DNA from: Gnetum montanum
Taxonomy: Eukaryota; Plantae; Gnetophyta
DNA: 64,000 nucleotides
NCBI GenBank assembly: GCA_015680685.1
Contig: MNCI01002538.1
Span: 214,831 to 278,830, forward strand
Direction: 5' to 3'
Shown here: positions 52,169 to 64,000 of the stretch, one piece after another
Position numbering within the stretch: the stretch's first letter is position 1
Layout: every line of letters starts with the position of its first letter
The notes under the pieces: generated by a model
Database searches by the model: none
What the model saw: the letters and a program-made list of their open reading frames with translations, nothing else
Told to the model about the DNA's origin: nothing
Translations under genes and position numbers: made by a program

Positions 52169-53699
52169 TTGGTACCTAAACTTCCATAATCACTCTGGAG
52201 GTGCAGATTGAATGCTTGTAGGTTGAACTACTCTAGGCATGCCATGTTAGTAAAGAAGCTATGCTCATGAAAGATAGCTTGGAATGATAAATTAGAATGT
52301 TGAATCATTAGTTCCAATAATGAACAAGAATGAGTCAAAAAGAAAAAGGAGAAACAAGTACTCTCATTTTTTCAACAAGTATGAAGGTTTGAGGATGAAA
52401 GTCAAACCATGGCTCAATTCTTGGATAAGTACCTTTATATGAAGAAAGAACATTCAAATTTGCAATATAATCTAGCATATAAGAGTATAATGGAAATGAA
52501 TGAGTTCCAAAAAATTCATCTAATTAAGTAGGAAACCTAGGATATTGAGGTGCATAGAGTATAGAAACGAGTAGCTTTGCTAAATGAATGTGTAATCAGG
52601 GAGAGGCATGAGGTGAAGCAAAAATTTGATACCTTGCAAGCCAAACTATGATAAATGGTTGTGAGTAAACCAACACTATATGAGAAGATAGACCTTTTGG
52701 AAAACATGTATATTCTCTACCATGAACTAGCTATCACCATCCTTGAGAGAAGACTCAAGGAGGCTAAAGAGGATATGTAGGTAGAATACAGGAGGTATCT
52801 TTCCATTGTCTAAACATCTGCAAGTTAACTACACATTGGGCTAGAAGAAAGCCTTCATCAAGCATAGGTAAAATTGGACATAGCCCAACATGAGCTCTTA
52901 TAGGGAAAACAAAGTTATGAGTAGTTCTAGGCTAATAATAAGGAATGGTGACAATCATGCCTATGAGAGTAAATACTGATGCATAAATAGAACTCATAGC
53001 TTTGAGTGAGGGTGGTAGACCTAGAAGTACAACTTTAGAGATTTCATATGTCTACACCTAGATCCTTAAGCTTCTTCCTATACTATGTAGGCACATTAGG
53101 GGGATTCTTCTCTCAACCACCATCCTATGGCACTTCTTAATGAGAGAGTTTGTATTTTCTTATAACTTAGTCATGATATGTACATTTATCTAGTTTTATT
53201 TCTTCACATAAATCATGCCATGTGTCTAGTTTTAATATTATGTTTTAGGTGCTTAAGTTATGAGACTAGCTTAACTTACTCATGATGGAATGATAAGACA
53301 TCATGTGACACTTTGTAAGTTAATTAGAGCCATAGATTGAAGATGTGTATCATGTAACTTATGTTTATAGTTTTTGCACACATGGTTAAGGTTTCTACCT
53401 TTCATGTTTGCATCCTAGCCTTCTAGTTCATATTTGGAGGTTTGCTAAATGTTTTGGCCTTCTCAGGATTTTTTTTTTTTTGGCTTTGTTTGGCGATCCT
53501 TGAAAGGTTTCAGCATGTTCCTTGGCATTTTGACTTCATCTTGGAAAAGTTGGTAAAGTGTGTGGGGGTAGGGATGGATTGACTTACCTATGCTAGTGCA
53601 CCTTTTGTATTAGTTTAGGGGAACTAATGCAACTCCTTGGTATACTATTTTTACCATCACTTCCTCTTCACCATCTTAGGTATGTTATGGGATGTGTCA

Positions 53700-56612
53700 A
53701 TTGCACTAACAAGCCTTGCTTGATACCTAGACGTTAGTGAATCCCTACCATTGTGTTGAAAAAATTATAAATACCTAGGATGAGCTTCATATGAGACAAA
53801 CTTGACTCCAAGGATTTCCAAATTAGCATCAATTATGCTTATCCAAGCTTTTCCCATTATGATAGGGAAGTCTTCCTTATAATTATCCATATGGATTACT
53901 AAGAAGTCAGCAAAATAGGACCAACTATTAATGATCACCACAACATATTATACACTTTCTTAGGAAATAATGATGGATTGGTCTATAAGCTTTGACCTAA
54001 TGTTTCATTTCTTCATTGGCAGTAGGTTCTAGGCTTTATACATCTTTTGAGAAATCAAATTGACTCTAGAACTTAAGTCTAGTAAAGCCTTGAAAGACAT
54101 ATTTTCCATAATCTTTTAGTAGGTCAAGGGGCTTCTTGGATCAAGTCCCTTTCTAGGAAGCTTTCATGCCTTAATGTAGTCTATTACTGCATAAGTGAGC
54201 ATGATAGTTTGTACATTAGAGACATTTTTATTTGAAGGTTACTTAGTTAATATTCTAGGAATAATTTTCATGGAGCCCATAACCATGGATGTCTATGATG
54301 ATTTTAGGATTGATTAGCCTAAAGAATGATCTCTTTTTAAGGCTTACGCTTGAATATGCTAGAGTTGTCATATACATGTAAGTTTACAACCTTGGTGGCA
54401 TTCCATTATCAAGGTTGTAGAGGAATTTTACCCTACATAGGTGGATTGGATTGTAAAGGACTTAGGGCATGGTTTTCAGAGTGTTGTAGTAGACGAGGAG
54501 GATAAGTGAAAGAAGATTCAACATGTGGAGTAACATCTTTGTAATACTCTAGAGGATAATAGTGGTAAGTAAAAAGATAAGTGGTAGAGTCATTGGGTGA
54601 TACAATTTGTTGCACATAATATCCATAAGGATTAGGTCACCTCTAATGATACTTTTGCCTTAGCAATGGTATCCTCCATGACTATAGGTTTTGCCACTAT
54701 TAGTAGTACTTTTAAGGTTTAGGTGAAGCCCCACTTGGGTAATATTATTGATGGTGGTAAGGCTACTTGTAAATGCCTTGAGGATAAGGTAACCTCCTTT
54801 GGGCTTGATTTTTGATGAACTTTAGATTTAATACATAAGACCCAGAGTCCTGGAAGTATGACATTATTTAAAAACAACCATTTAGATATTCATATTGACA
54901 AATGTTATAACCATCATCACCTAACTTAGAATTACAACTTCACTACTATAGTTGCTTTTTGATCATGTTGGTAATATTTCTTCCTTATATCTCTTTTCTT
55001 GCTTTTCTCTCTCCTTGCCTCTTTCTTGTTATACTGTTTTCTCCATAATCTTAAATATTGTTTAAAATTTTTCAAAAAATGGATTTCTACATTTTATCAA
55101 TCTTCATTGATATTTTAGGAATTTATTTTTAAATGGGAAAGGTATTTATCTCTATTATGTCCTCCAATGATGCTCCTTCATTAGGATTAGAGAGATGTAG
55201 TTCCTTTTTGTGGATTGAGAAATCTCTATTATACATCTTTATAATTTCTATTTTTCTTAATTCACCTTCTTTCTTTACCACTTTATCGATCAACCCTTGA
55301 ATCAAATGGGATTTTATTTTAGATGGTCTCCCTTAGGCATACATCCTAAAAGTCTCTCTTATCTTATTGTGGAGTCCATCTATGATGTGGCACAACTACT
55401 ACCTTTGAGAAAAGCCATAGCCTAGGTATATGTGAAGGAGAGAATAACATCTACCCAAGGTTATATTAAGGGACTCATGGTTACCTTATTTTCACTCTTG
55501 AATTTTCTTTCACAAATTAGACATCCTTTAGTATGTTTGATATTTATCATTTAACAATTTCAATATTATTCTCCATCTTTTCGTAGATTCGAGTTCCATG
55601 AATGAACACCAGCATTTAGCTTCTTTACTAAAAATCCTTGAAAATAAATTTTAGCTTTTTCTTGTTATTTTCAATATTCTACCAAGTGCAAGCATCATGG
55701 AAGGCTTGTAGATGAAGTTGCAAATTTGTATTATAGCCTCCCTCAAACTTAGGGATATTTCTTGTATCTAATCTTTTGATCATACTATCCCTTTGATGCC
55801 ATGTAAGGATGTAAATTACCTCCTAGATATTGATCATGCTTCTTATGGTAATCCACATTTCATCATAATTATCCCAATTCCCATAATCCCTACCATGACC
55901 ATGCATTCATTACCATTGCCTACTTTACCATCTTTTATGATGATCTCAATCTCCATATTCATATCTATGTTTACTTCTATCATTCCTCTAATGGTCTCAT
56001 CTATCATCTTCATCTTACCTATGATCATTTCACCTTCTATCATGGCCACATTTACCCTTGTCAAATCTTGACGATGCGGATGACAAGGATGAGGGTAAAG
56101 AAGTAGGAGAGTTGTGTTAGCTTGCTTTTTTCCTATGATCCCTATAGTGTTCTCTTACCTATCAACTTGGAGATCTAGGCCTTGAGGTTTTCCTTATTCT
56201 GAGTCTTATCCTTACCTTGCCTTGGTTGTTTTCCAAGACTAAACTTAATTACGTATGGTTCAAGTCATCTCTATTAAGGGTTGGAGAACACTAGTGTTGA
56301 GATCTATTTAATTGGTAGCTAGTATTCTCATTCTTGGATTGTGATGTTAGATTGATGAGAGTGCCCTTTCTTTTGGAAGTCACATAGGAAGCCTCCATGA
56401 ATTAGTCCTTGCACAATTAGGACTTCATGGGTTTGTAATCCTTGAAGATCTCTTCAACTACTTCATATTTCAAGGCTACTAATTTAAGGCCTAGTCTCAT
56501 CAATGCTATGTTGAGCATTGATGAAACTGATTAATTGGATGACAATATAATGTTTCCCTCTAGGTCTCTCCATCGTATTTGTTCATCTTGGTAAAGTATG
56601 AAGGTAAATTTT
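53700..56612 (-). pseudogene. gag: Decayed gag-PR of an older Athila-like element (host of the 56613 insertion)
   Basis: Minus strand IPKFEGGYNTNLQLHLQAFHDACTW near 55685-55760 and KALLDLSSRVNLI...FADFLVI...FPIIMGKAW at 53840-54095; collinear with 25654-28144. Confidence 0.85.
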
Positions 56613-57523
56613 TTATGAAGTGCTATATAGTCAATGCGTCGACTAGACCGCGTATATGGGGCCCCATATACGCAGTCGCGTTGACATGGCCCCATCAACG
56701 TAGCCTTCCTACCTCAACGTGGCCCCGTCGACGTAGCCTTCCTGCATCGACGTGGCCTTGTTTACGCAGCCGCCTATCTTAGCCTACAAATAAGAGGGCC
56801 TTCCACCTCATTTAGGCACCTTTCTAGTTAGTTGTAGCAAAGCTGTTGCATTTTGTTTCCGTAGAAGTTAGATTATTTTCCCAGTGCATGCCTATAGTGT
56901 GATGCTCATAATTGTATGGAACGTTTATTCAAGTGTGACGTACTTGGATGCCCACATGACCAGAAATAAAGATAGAGATTACTTCATCATTGCAGCATTC
57001 AATTAGATTTAATTGTTTAATTGTTATTGTTATTTATTTTTTTCTTAGTTAATATTTATTTATCATCATTTACTATTCCTATTGTTAAATGTGGAATGAG
57101 TACGACTTAATCACGAGCATTTAAGTACGACTATTTGGTAACCCAGTAGCATACCTAGGATCTACGCTTGGTAATCCCAGTAGTAGTCATGCACGAGGTC
57201 CAAGATGTGTACGGATGATTAATGAATGGATTCTCATTGCACTTAGGCTAGCTTAGACTCATTTCCTATTACTCATTAGTTTAATCAAGATTATTTTCCA
57301 TTGTCTCTAGGAGTAACACTAATTTATGATCACATCATACGCCTCACTCTGGACTAAACCATATGTGACAAAGCAAATACTAGTCCATGTGGGAAGACAG
57401 CGAACTACGATCAACGTGTAAATATCTAGATACCACAACTAGCCTCTCCACAGAGTTCGACCGGATCGTACGTGAATGCTCGTATTTGTATGGTTGAGTG
57501 TAGGGGTACCTCGCTGCTCATCA
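56613..57523 (+). repeat. 5' LTR
   Basis: TTATGAAG (TG changed to TT)...GCTCATCA; more U3 TCGACG-type repeats than the 3' LTR. Confidence 0.92.
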
Positions 57524-57542
57524 TTGCTGTTGTTGTCGGGGA
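57524..57542 (+). other. Degenerate primer binding site, Athila-type (tRNA-Asp)
   Basis: TTGCTGTTGTTGTCGGGGA resembles TGGCGCCGTTGCCGGGGA after C-to-T decay. Confidence 0.6.
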
Positions 57543-57924
57543 TGGTGCTAGTTCTTTAGATTAGTTATATCATACAAGATCTCTATAATAAGTATTAACG
57601 ATATATCCTTTAGAAAATAAATTTAATTGAATTTAATTAAGTCACACACAGTTCACAACCATGTCTCTCTCACAAGACTATAATAATGCCACATCCAGTG
57701 AGGTAATTCATTGGAGAACTAATGAATATTATAGCAATGAAGATTGGAGTACGCAAACCGAGGTGGGAGTTTCTTATAATCATAAACAAAGACAACATCG
57801 TCCTAATGCATGAAAGCATAACTTACGCGATGACGATGAACCCCTACTGACCACTACAAGCTTAACGGAAATACAAGAGGCTATTCAAATAGTCCACAGG
57901 CATCGTAAGGAAAGTTGTCTACCC

Positions 57925-58473
57925 ATGCTTGATTTAAACAACTTTTCGAAGTTTTTAGGAGGCTATGATTTAGATCCTCAACAACATTTACAAGCCTTCT
58001 ATGATGCCTGTACATGGAACAATATTGATAATGGGTGGAAAAAAATTAAGCTCTTTCCTTTGACACTCATTGGCCAAGCAAAAGTATGGTATAGGTCATT
58101 AAAACTAAACTTAATTCAACATTGGCCAACAATGGTAGAAATTTTCAATGAAAGATATCAAACCTATGTGAGAGTGTCAGCCTTGAGGAGAAAAATCCAA
58201 GAATGGAAACAAGTGCAACATGAACCCTTGGACATGGCCTTAGAATTATATTATGCACTATTAAACAATTGCCTAGGCCATGGGTTCTTCGAGGAGAGGC
58301 TAATGTACCATATCATAGATGGGCTCCGTAATGAAACAAGGGAGACCCTAGGGATATATGCCCAAGGTCAACTATATGAGCTACGAACCCATCAACTCCA
58401 AGAGCTTATTAAGTGGATAGAAAAAGAAGAAGGAGAAATAACTAAATGGGAGAATGTTGAAGGTTCTCAATAG
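57925..58473 (+). CDS. gag: Retrotransposon Gag capsid domain
   Basis: DPQQHLQAFYDAC...LFPLTLIGQAKVWYRSL...EIFNERY; clearly homologous to 26302-26868. Confidence 0.88.
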   Translation: MLDLNNFSKFLGGYDLDPQQHLQAFYDACTWNNIDNGWKKIKLFPLTLIGQAKVWYRSLKLNLIQHWPTMVEIFNERYQTYVRVSALRRKIQEWKQVQHEPLDMALELYYALLNNCLGHGFFEERLMYHIIDGLRNETRETLGIYAQGQLYELRTHQLQELIKWIEKEEGEITKWENVEGSQ

Positions 58474-61400
58474 GGTGAAAATATCAACTTAACAAGGGTC
58501 CATGACCATGAAGAGGAGAAATCAACTCACTTCAAGAAGGTGGAATCATCTTTGCCAATCCTACAATCACTAGATGAAATTGAGGAAAAGATCAATAAGA
58601 TGATGGATAGGGTACATGAAAGATGTGGAGAATATGCCAACATTATTAGAGAAAAAACTATGCCAAATCTAGAAACAGGATAAGACACCACACGACAATC
58701 AAAACACAAGCTAGAAGAGAATAGGGATAAGAACTCAATTACCAATCATACGTATCAATGTAACGTCTATCTGTACAATCACCCCAAGGGTCAATGCCTA
58801 GTTTTGTCATATTTACATGGGCATTGGGGAGGAATGTTACATCTAGAGTTTGTACAAACATACTGTGTCCAACCATAGTGGCAAAAACCTCAGTCATGGG
58901 GGAGGCCACCGCCAATTCGACCATACCCTTCATATGTCCGAGTGCCAAATGCTTATTATGTTCAACACCCTATTTCTCCAAGAAGATCAGCATCCTCTAT
59001 CTCACCTCATCATTATCATTCTCTCGAGTACTATCCACCAATGTTCTCTCCAACAAGATCACCACCTCATGTGCCTTACACTTCTCCTCAACCTCAATAT
59101 TCTCATGCTTCACCCCCTTCGACATCACCGCCAGCTATGCTAGAAGATTTTGCACCACAACACCAACCTACAAACATTACTTGTGCTGCTACTATCAACA
59201 GTAGTGAAGGTCCTTCACAACGTCGAAGGTGTCCCTTCTTTAGACCTGACCATCGAAAGGGACACCACAATTCAGAAACCACTACATCCACCAACTTAGC
59301 ACAAATCCAACACTGTGGTGCATTTTCCTCTTTGAACCCGATGCCTCATGTTACTCTATCTAGGCCACCAATCAACACTCCAACCACCATGGGGCCCAAT
59401 GAATATTGCCACATGGGGAGACATGTTGATCCTTGCATACCATCTTACGGTCACAAGTACCATAGTGGGTCAAATCCTTATAAATTAACCACATCTTATA
59501 ACTTGTCCCACTATGTCAACCCTAATCAAGTGCGTGAACCCCAATGGGGAAAGTATGACTGGGTCCCAATACTTCCAACATGCAAGGATCCCAACCTTCC
59601 ATTTATTAATTCTAGCCATGCTCAACCGTTTAGTTATGGGGGGCACCCTCCATTCTAACAACACAGAGTTAATAAATGTTTTTTTGTTTCTTTAATTTTT
59701 CAACTTTTTGTTTTCTAGTTTTTCACCTTTTAATTTATTGTTTTATCCTTTTATCTTTTTATCTTTTTGCAAGTAATCTCATTTACAAATAAAACACTCA
59801 TGTGGATCGTTGGTTGAGGTGTGTTCTATGTTATCGAGTCTTGATGATCAATTATTTGGATAGTGAGCCCATTGCACCCACTCATCCATTCTACAAATAA
59901 GAGGTTCTATTCGAGGGTACAGTGATATTCTTGACATTCTTGAAACTTAAAATTAATTTTGTGTTCATTGTGCCCAGAGTGAAAAATGATAAATCAAGAG
60001 GGAATGATTAGGGTGTGACATCAAGGAGACTTGCAGATTCTCTTTGGTGACGTTAGTGGGAGTTATCATGCAAAGTCATTTTACTAAGATCCTTGTAGAT
60101 CTAATGAAAAATGGGAGTAAGAGTAATCAAAAGGGCACTCAAAAATAAAATACTATTCTAGGGGGTCCCACTAGAAAGACATGCACCCATGCCTAAAGGT
60201 TGGCAATTTCTCTGGATTCAATGAAGTGAAAAAAAAGAAAGAAAGAGAAAAAGCAAAAGAAAAAGGAAGTGCCACAAAAAAAAATTAACTCCTCCCTTGA
60301 ACAAAACACCAAGTGATCGTACACCTTGTTGTTATGGTGTTCTCATAGTTGTTCATCATGGGATGAAACAATGCGATGTCACTGATTAGAGGAATGGACT
60401 TGGTCCTGATATTGGAAAAATAGGTTAATGACACGTTCATCATGCTTTACATGCAGGATTCATTGTGCCTTGAGTCAGTACCTCACGTCCCAATCTCTGC
60501 AATCCTTTCTCCGATTCATTCCATCTTGCTGTTCATGTATTTGTGACTCGTGTCTTGTATAACATTAAAATTCCTACCTCATCATCAGTGGTATTAACAT
60601 ATGTGTGTTTTGTTGCATTGGCATAGATTACATTTAACCCTTCTAATGCCTACGAACATCTTAAGTTGTGGTTACGCAAGGGCATATAGGTTGGAACCTG
60701 TTTTGGGGAGGACCCACTTGCGTAACTTTTGTAATTTGTACTTGTTGCACACCACCACATCATCTTATACCATCTGATTATTTCATTGCCAAATCTATTC
60801 TTATCTTTGTCATCATTTGATCAAATGTTCCTCAAAACCAAGTTTGACATTAAACTTTTAGGGCAACTTCCTTGCAAAATTTCTAACTCTAAAATCACAC
60901 TAAGTAAAGAATTCAACATTTATTAAAGGTAATGAGTAAGGTATGAAATCATTGAAATTTTTTTTCAATAACCTTACTAACAATTGATCTTTGTGTGATT
61001 ATAAATGGCCCCTAAAAGAAGACAACAAGGAGGACCTTCTCAAGATGCAACTGCATAACTTGGGAGAGGAAGAGGCCAAGGACCTCATGTAGAACATGCA
61101 GAGCAGAAGGAAATCATTTAGCATCCATCATGAAACTCCTGTTACTGCATAATCTATCCAAGCAAAGGGAGGAGAGGTCAGGGCCTGAGCCTATGAAGAG
61201 GAATGACAACTATTTGCGACATGGCATGTCAAGGCCAATCAAGTGTTCCCGTAGCTGCCATGTCCATGAAAAGTGCTAACTCCATCAAACATTGGAACAT
61301 TAGCATGGATGACTCATAATCCTCAAATAGAAGAGAAGAAACATTAGGTGCTTCTTCAATGGTATCAATCTTAGAAGCCTGATGCATAGGACAAAGGAAA

Positions 61401-61615
61401 GGCACCCAATAGGGGAGCCACCACTACTGGGAACCCCATGCATTCCACAAGTTTTATCTTTTGTGTCTGTGTCCAAATTTTGTTAAATTCTCCACTGAAG
61501 CATGAATAAATTTCTAGTCAGTCAATAATCCCATACCTATCCACTGTGTATTCAATTGAGCTTGTTCCTCACTTTGTATGACTTGAGGACGACTTTTTAA
61601 TCAGTCGTGGGGGCA

Positions 61616-62465
61616 TGATGAAGCGCTATATAGTCGATGCATCGACTAGGCCACGTAGACGTGGGCCCGTCTACGTAGCCTTCCTACATCGATGTGGCCC
61701 TGTTTACGTAGCTGCCTATCCCAGCCTATAAATAAGAGGGCCTTCCGCCTCATTTAGGCACCTTTCTAGTTAGTTGTAGCGAAGCGCTTGCATTTTGTTT
61801 CTGTAGACGTGAGATTATTTTCCCAGTGCATGCCCGTAGTGTGATGCTTGTAATTGTATGGCACCTTTATTCCAGTGTGACGTACTTGGACGTGCACATG
61901 ACCAAAAATAAAGATTGAGATTACTTCATCATTGCAGCATTCACTTAGATTTAATTGTTTAATTGTTATTGTTATTTATTGTTTTGTTAGTTAATATTTC
62001 TTTATCATAATTTACTATTCATGTTGTTAAATGTGGAATGAGTACGACTTAATCACGAGCATTTAAGTGTGACTACTTGGTAACTCAGTAGTGTACCTAG
62101 GATCTATGCTTGGTAACCCCAGTAGTAGTTGTGCACGAGGTCCAAGATGTGTATGGATTATTAATGAATGCATTCTCATCGCACTTAGGCTAGCTTAGAC
62201 TCATTTCCTATTACTCATTAGTTTAATCAAGATTATTTTCCATTGTCTCTAGGAGTAGCACTAATTTAGGATCACATCATATGCCTCACTTTGGACTAAA
62301 CCATACGTGACAAAGCAAATACTAGTCGAGGTGGGAAGATAGCGAATTCTGATCAACGTGTAACTATCTAGATACCACAACTAGCTTGTCCATGGAGTTC
62401 GACCGAATCGTGCGTGAATGCTCATATTCGTATGGTTGAGTGTAGGGGTACCTCGCCGCTCATCA
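61616..62465 (+). repeat. 3' LTR
   Basis: TGATGAAG...GCTCATCA; TATA at 61727-61734. Confidence 0.95.
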
Positions 62466-62735
62466 ATTTTGGATGGTAAGAATTTAGATGTTTTTAGACT
62501 ACCTTAACTTGTGACATGTCATCCTTACTCCTTGTGTTTCTATTATGCTCCTCACTTACATCATCTAGGTAATTAGCCATGTGAGAAAAGATATTGTTAA
62601 TTTACAAGTGTTCCTTTAAATAAAATGTTATTATTTTTGGGTAATAGATAAATTGTAATGAGCTCTAATAGTGATCCTTAAGTGATCTTAGTTATCTAAA
62701 ACACTAGCACTAAAGTTCCCTAGTAATGAAACCAA

Positions 62736-63420
62736 TAATGAGAGGCAAAGTAACCCTATGCCCAACCATATGAATCACAAGCATTCATGCACAATCTAGT
62801 TGAATTTCATAGACTTAGGAGTAGATTGATGCCTTAGATAACTAAGAAATGGAAAGCTAATTATTTTCTTCCTAATTAAGGCTATGTTAGTTCGCTTAGT
62901 ATGGTTAAATGTGATCAAAGCATATGATGGCTATTTATTATTATTATAATATTTAAAATATTAAAATAATAAAATAATCTAAAATATCATCAACATAGAG
63001 CATTTATTCTCTACTTTTTGTAGATATCCTAAACATGTACTAATATTTTAGAGTTGTCAGCTATTCACTACTGGGCGTACCAAGTGTTCACCACTAGGAT
63101 TACCAAATGCTACTATATTATGCTTGAAGCAGTTGTGCTCATGTGCATATGTTTAAGTGTAGAATAATGAAACACTTAGCTTATAAAATAGAAAAGTAAA
63201 TAAACATTAAGAGTAAAGTGCAAGAAAATGAATCATAGTACTATTTCAACTGCTACAATGAAGGAAACACATATTGATTCTATTTCCATCATGCACATGT
63301 GTCTAGGTACATAGTGCACTTGAATAAAATTCTATACAACTTGCTTAATACATTCTATGAGCCTTTCAAGGGAAAAATATTCCAAATTTAATAGAAGAAA
63401 ACTTCAAGAATCCTTGTGTT
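62736..63420 (-). repeat. 5' LTR (partial or decayed) of the minus-strand Athila-like host element
   Basis: Reverse complement ends ATATGGTTGGGCATAGGGTTACTTTGCCTCTCATTA, followed by a decayed Asp-PBS-like TGGTTTCATTACTAGGGA; carries the U5 motif near 63000-63145. Confidence 0.7.
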
Positions 63421-64000
63421 CTATCTAAGTGGATAAAATTTGTTTTTGGACTTTCATTGTATCCTTATATTCTTTTAGTTTTACATTGTTTTCTTTTTTT
63501 TCCCTTTAACTTTTCTACTTCCACTTTATATACAATAAATTTTACTTTTCTTTGTCATATAATGTTGATATCCTTTAAACAATAGGTTTTATGAAGTAAT
63601 GATATCCTCCAAGCTTAATATAGCATACTTAACAAACTTAGAGTTGATTTTGGTTTACTAAATCTCATCTAAAACTTGTATAAAGAAATAATTTTTGAAT
63701 TAAAAGATGAAGAATCTACACAATCATGTCCCTTTTTACTAACATTTTTTGACATTTTTATTGATGAAATAAAAGAGTAGATTAAAGTACGTGCAAATCA
63801 TGTCATTAAAGTCAGTTAATCATGGATATAACTTTCAATATTTGTATACAATATAGCACTAATTACATCTTCAATTATAGTCATTACCAAAGAGCAAAAG
63901 AATATAATAAAATCATAAACATAATAAAATAAATAGTTTACTTACCCTCTAACATATAAAAAATCTTACATATTATAGTATATTTTTCTCTTTTATAATA

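Larger units (their letters stand above)
56613..62465 (+). mobile_element. Non-autonomous Athila-like LTR element carrying gag only (TR-GAG-like)
   Basis: LTRs 56613-57523 and 61616-62465, perfect ATTTT duplication (56608-56612, 62466-62470), PBS, PPT CAGTCGTGGGGG (61602-61613); the 4.1-kb gap-free interior has no RT or INT motifs. Confidence 0.93.

Noticed and set aside
55793-56071. Ile/Met-rich ORFs on both strands
   Set aside because: Off-frame readings of the low-complexity Arg/Asp/His-rich N-terminal region of the minus-strand gag.
58739-59695. Dense overlapping ORFs suggesting several genes
   Set aside because: Explained by the C-rich, Pro-rich gag tail (58942-59658); the other frames show no motifs.
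63420-64000. Possible host gene or promoter at the window end
   Set aside because: AT-rich sequence with no ORF or recognisable signal.

Overview
AT-rich, gene-free land-plant heterochromatin-type DNA made almost entirely of nested, mostly decayed retrotransposons; no intact host gene, rRNA, tRNA or CRISPR array is visible. Left to right: the 3' part of a Ty1/copia element (1-3881); a chromovirus Ty3/gypsy element (6614-17312) whose 3' LTR carries a solo LTR and which splits a Ulp1-like pseudogene; an L1 LINE (about 20230-32450) interrupted by a young Athila-like element (24161-31470); a minus-strand Tat-type element (36695-46739) with the order PR-aRH-RT-RH-INT, which points to a non-angiosperm host; and more Athila-like elements (56613-62465 nested in a minus-strand relative). 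The most striking observation is a multi-stem motif with compensatory base changes and fixed internal loops in the U5 part of all seven LTRs of the Athila-like family (up to four tandem copies per LTR). The same family also has a second structured domain at the LTR end, a conserved stem in the 3' non-coding region and repeated internal PPT copies, and it appears to encode only Gag(-PR). All structure calls were made by eye and need computational and experimental confirmation.
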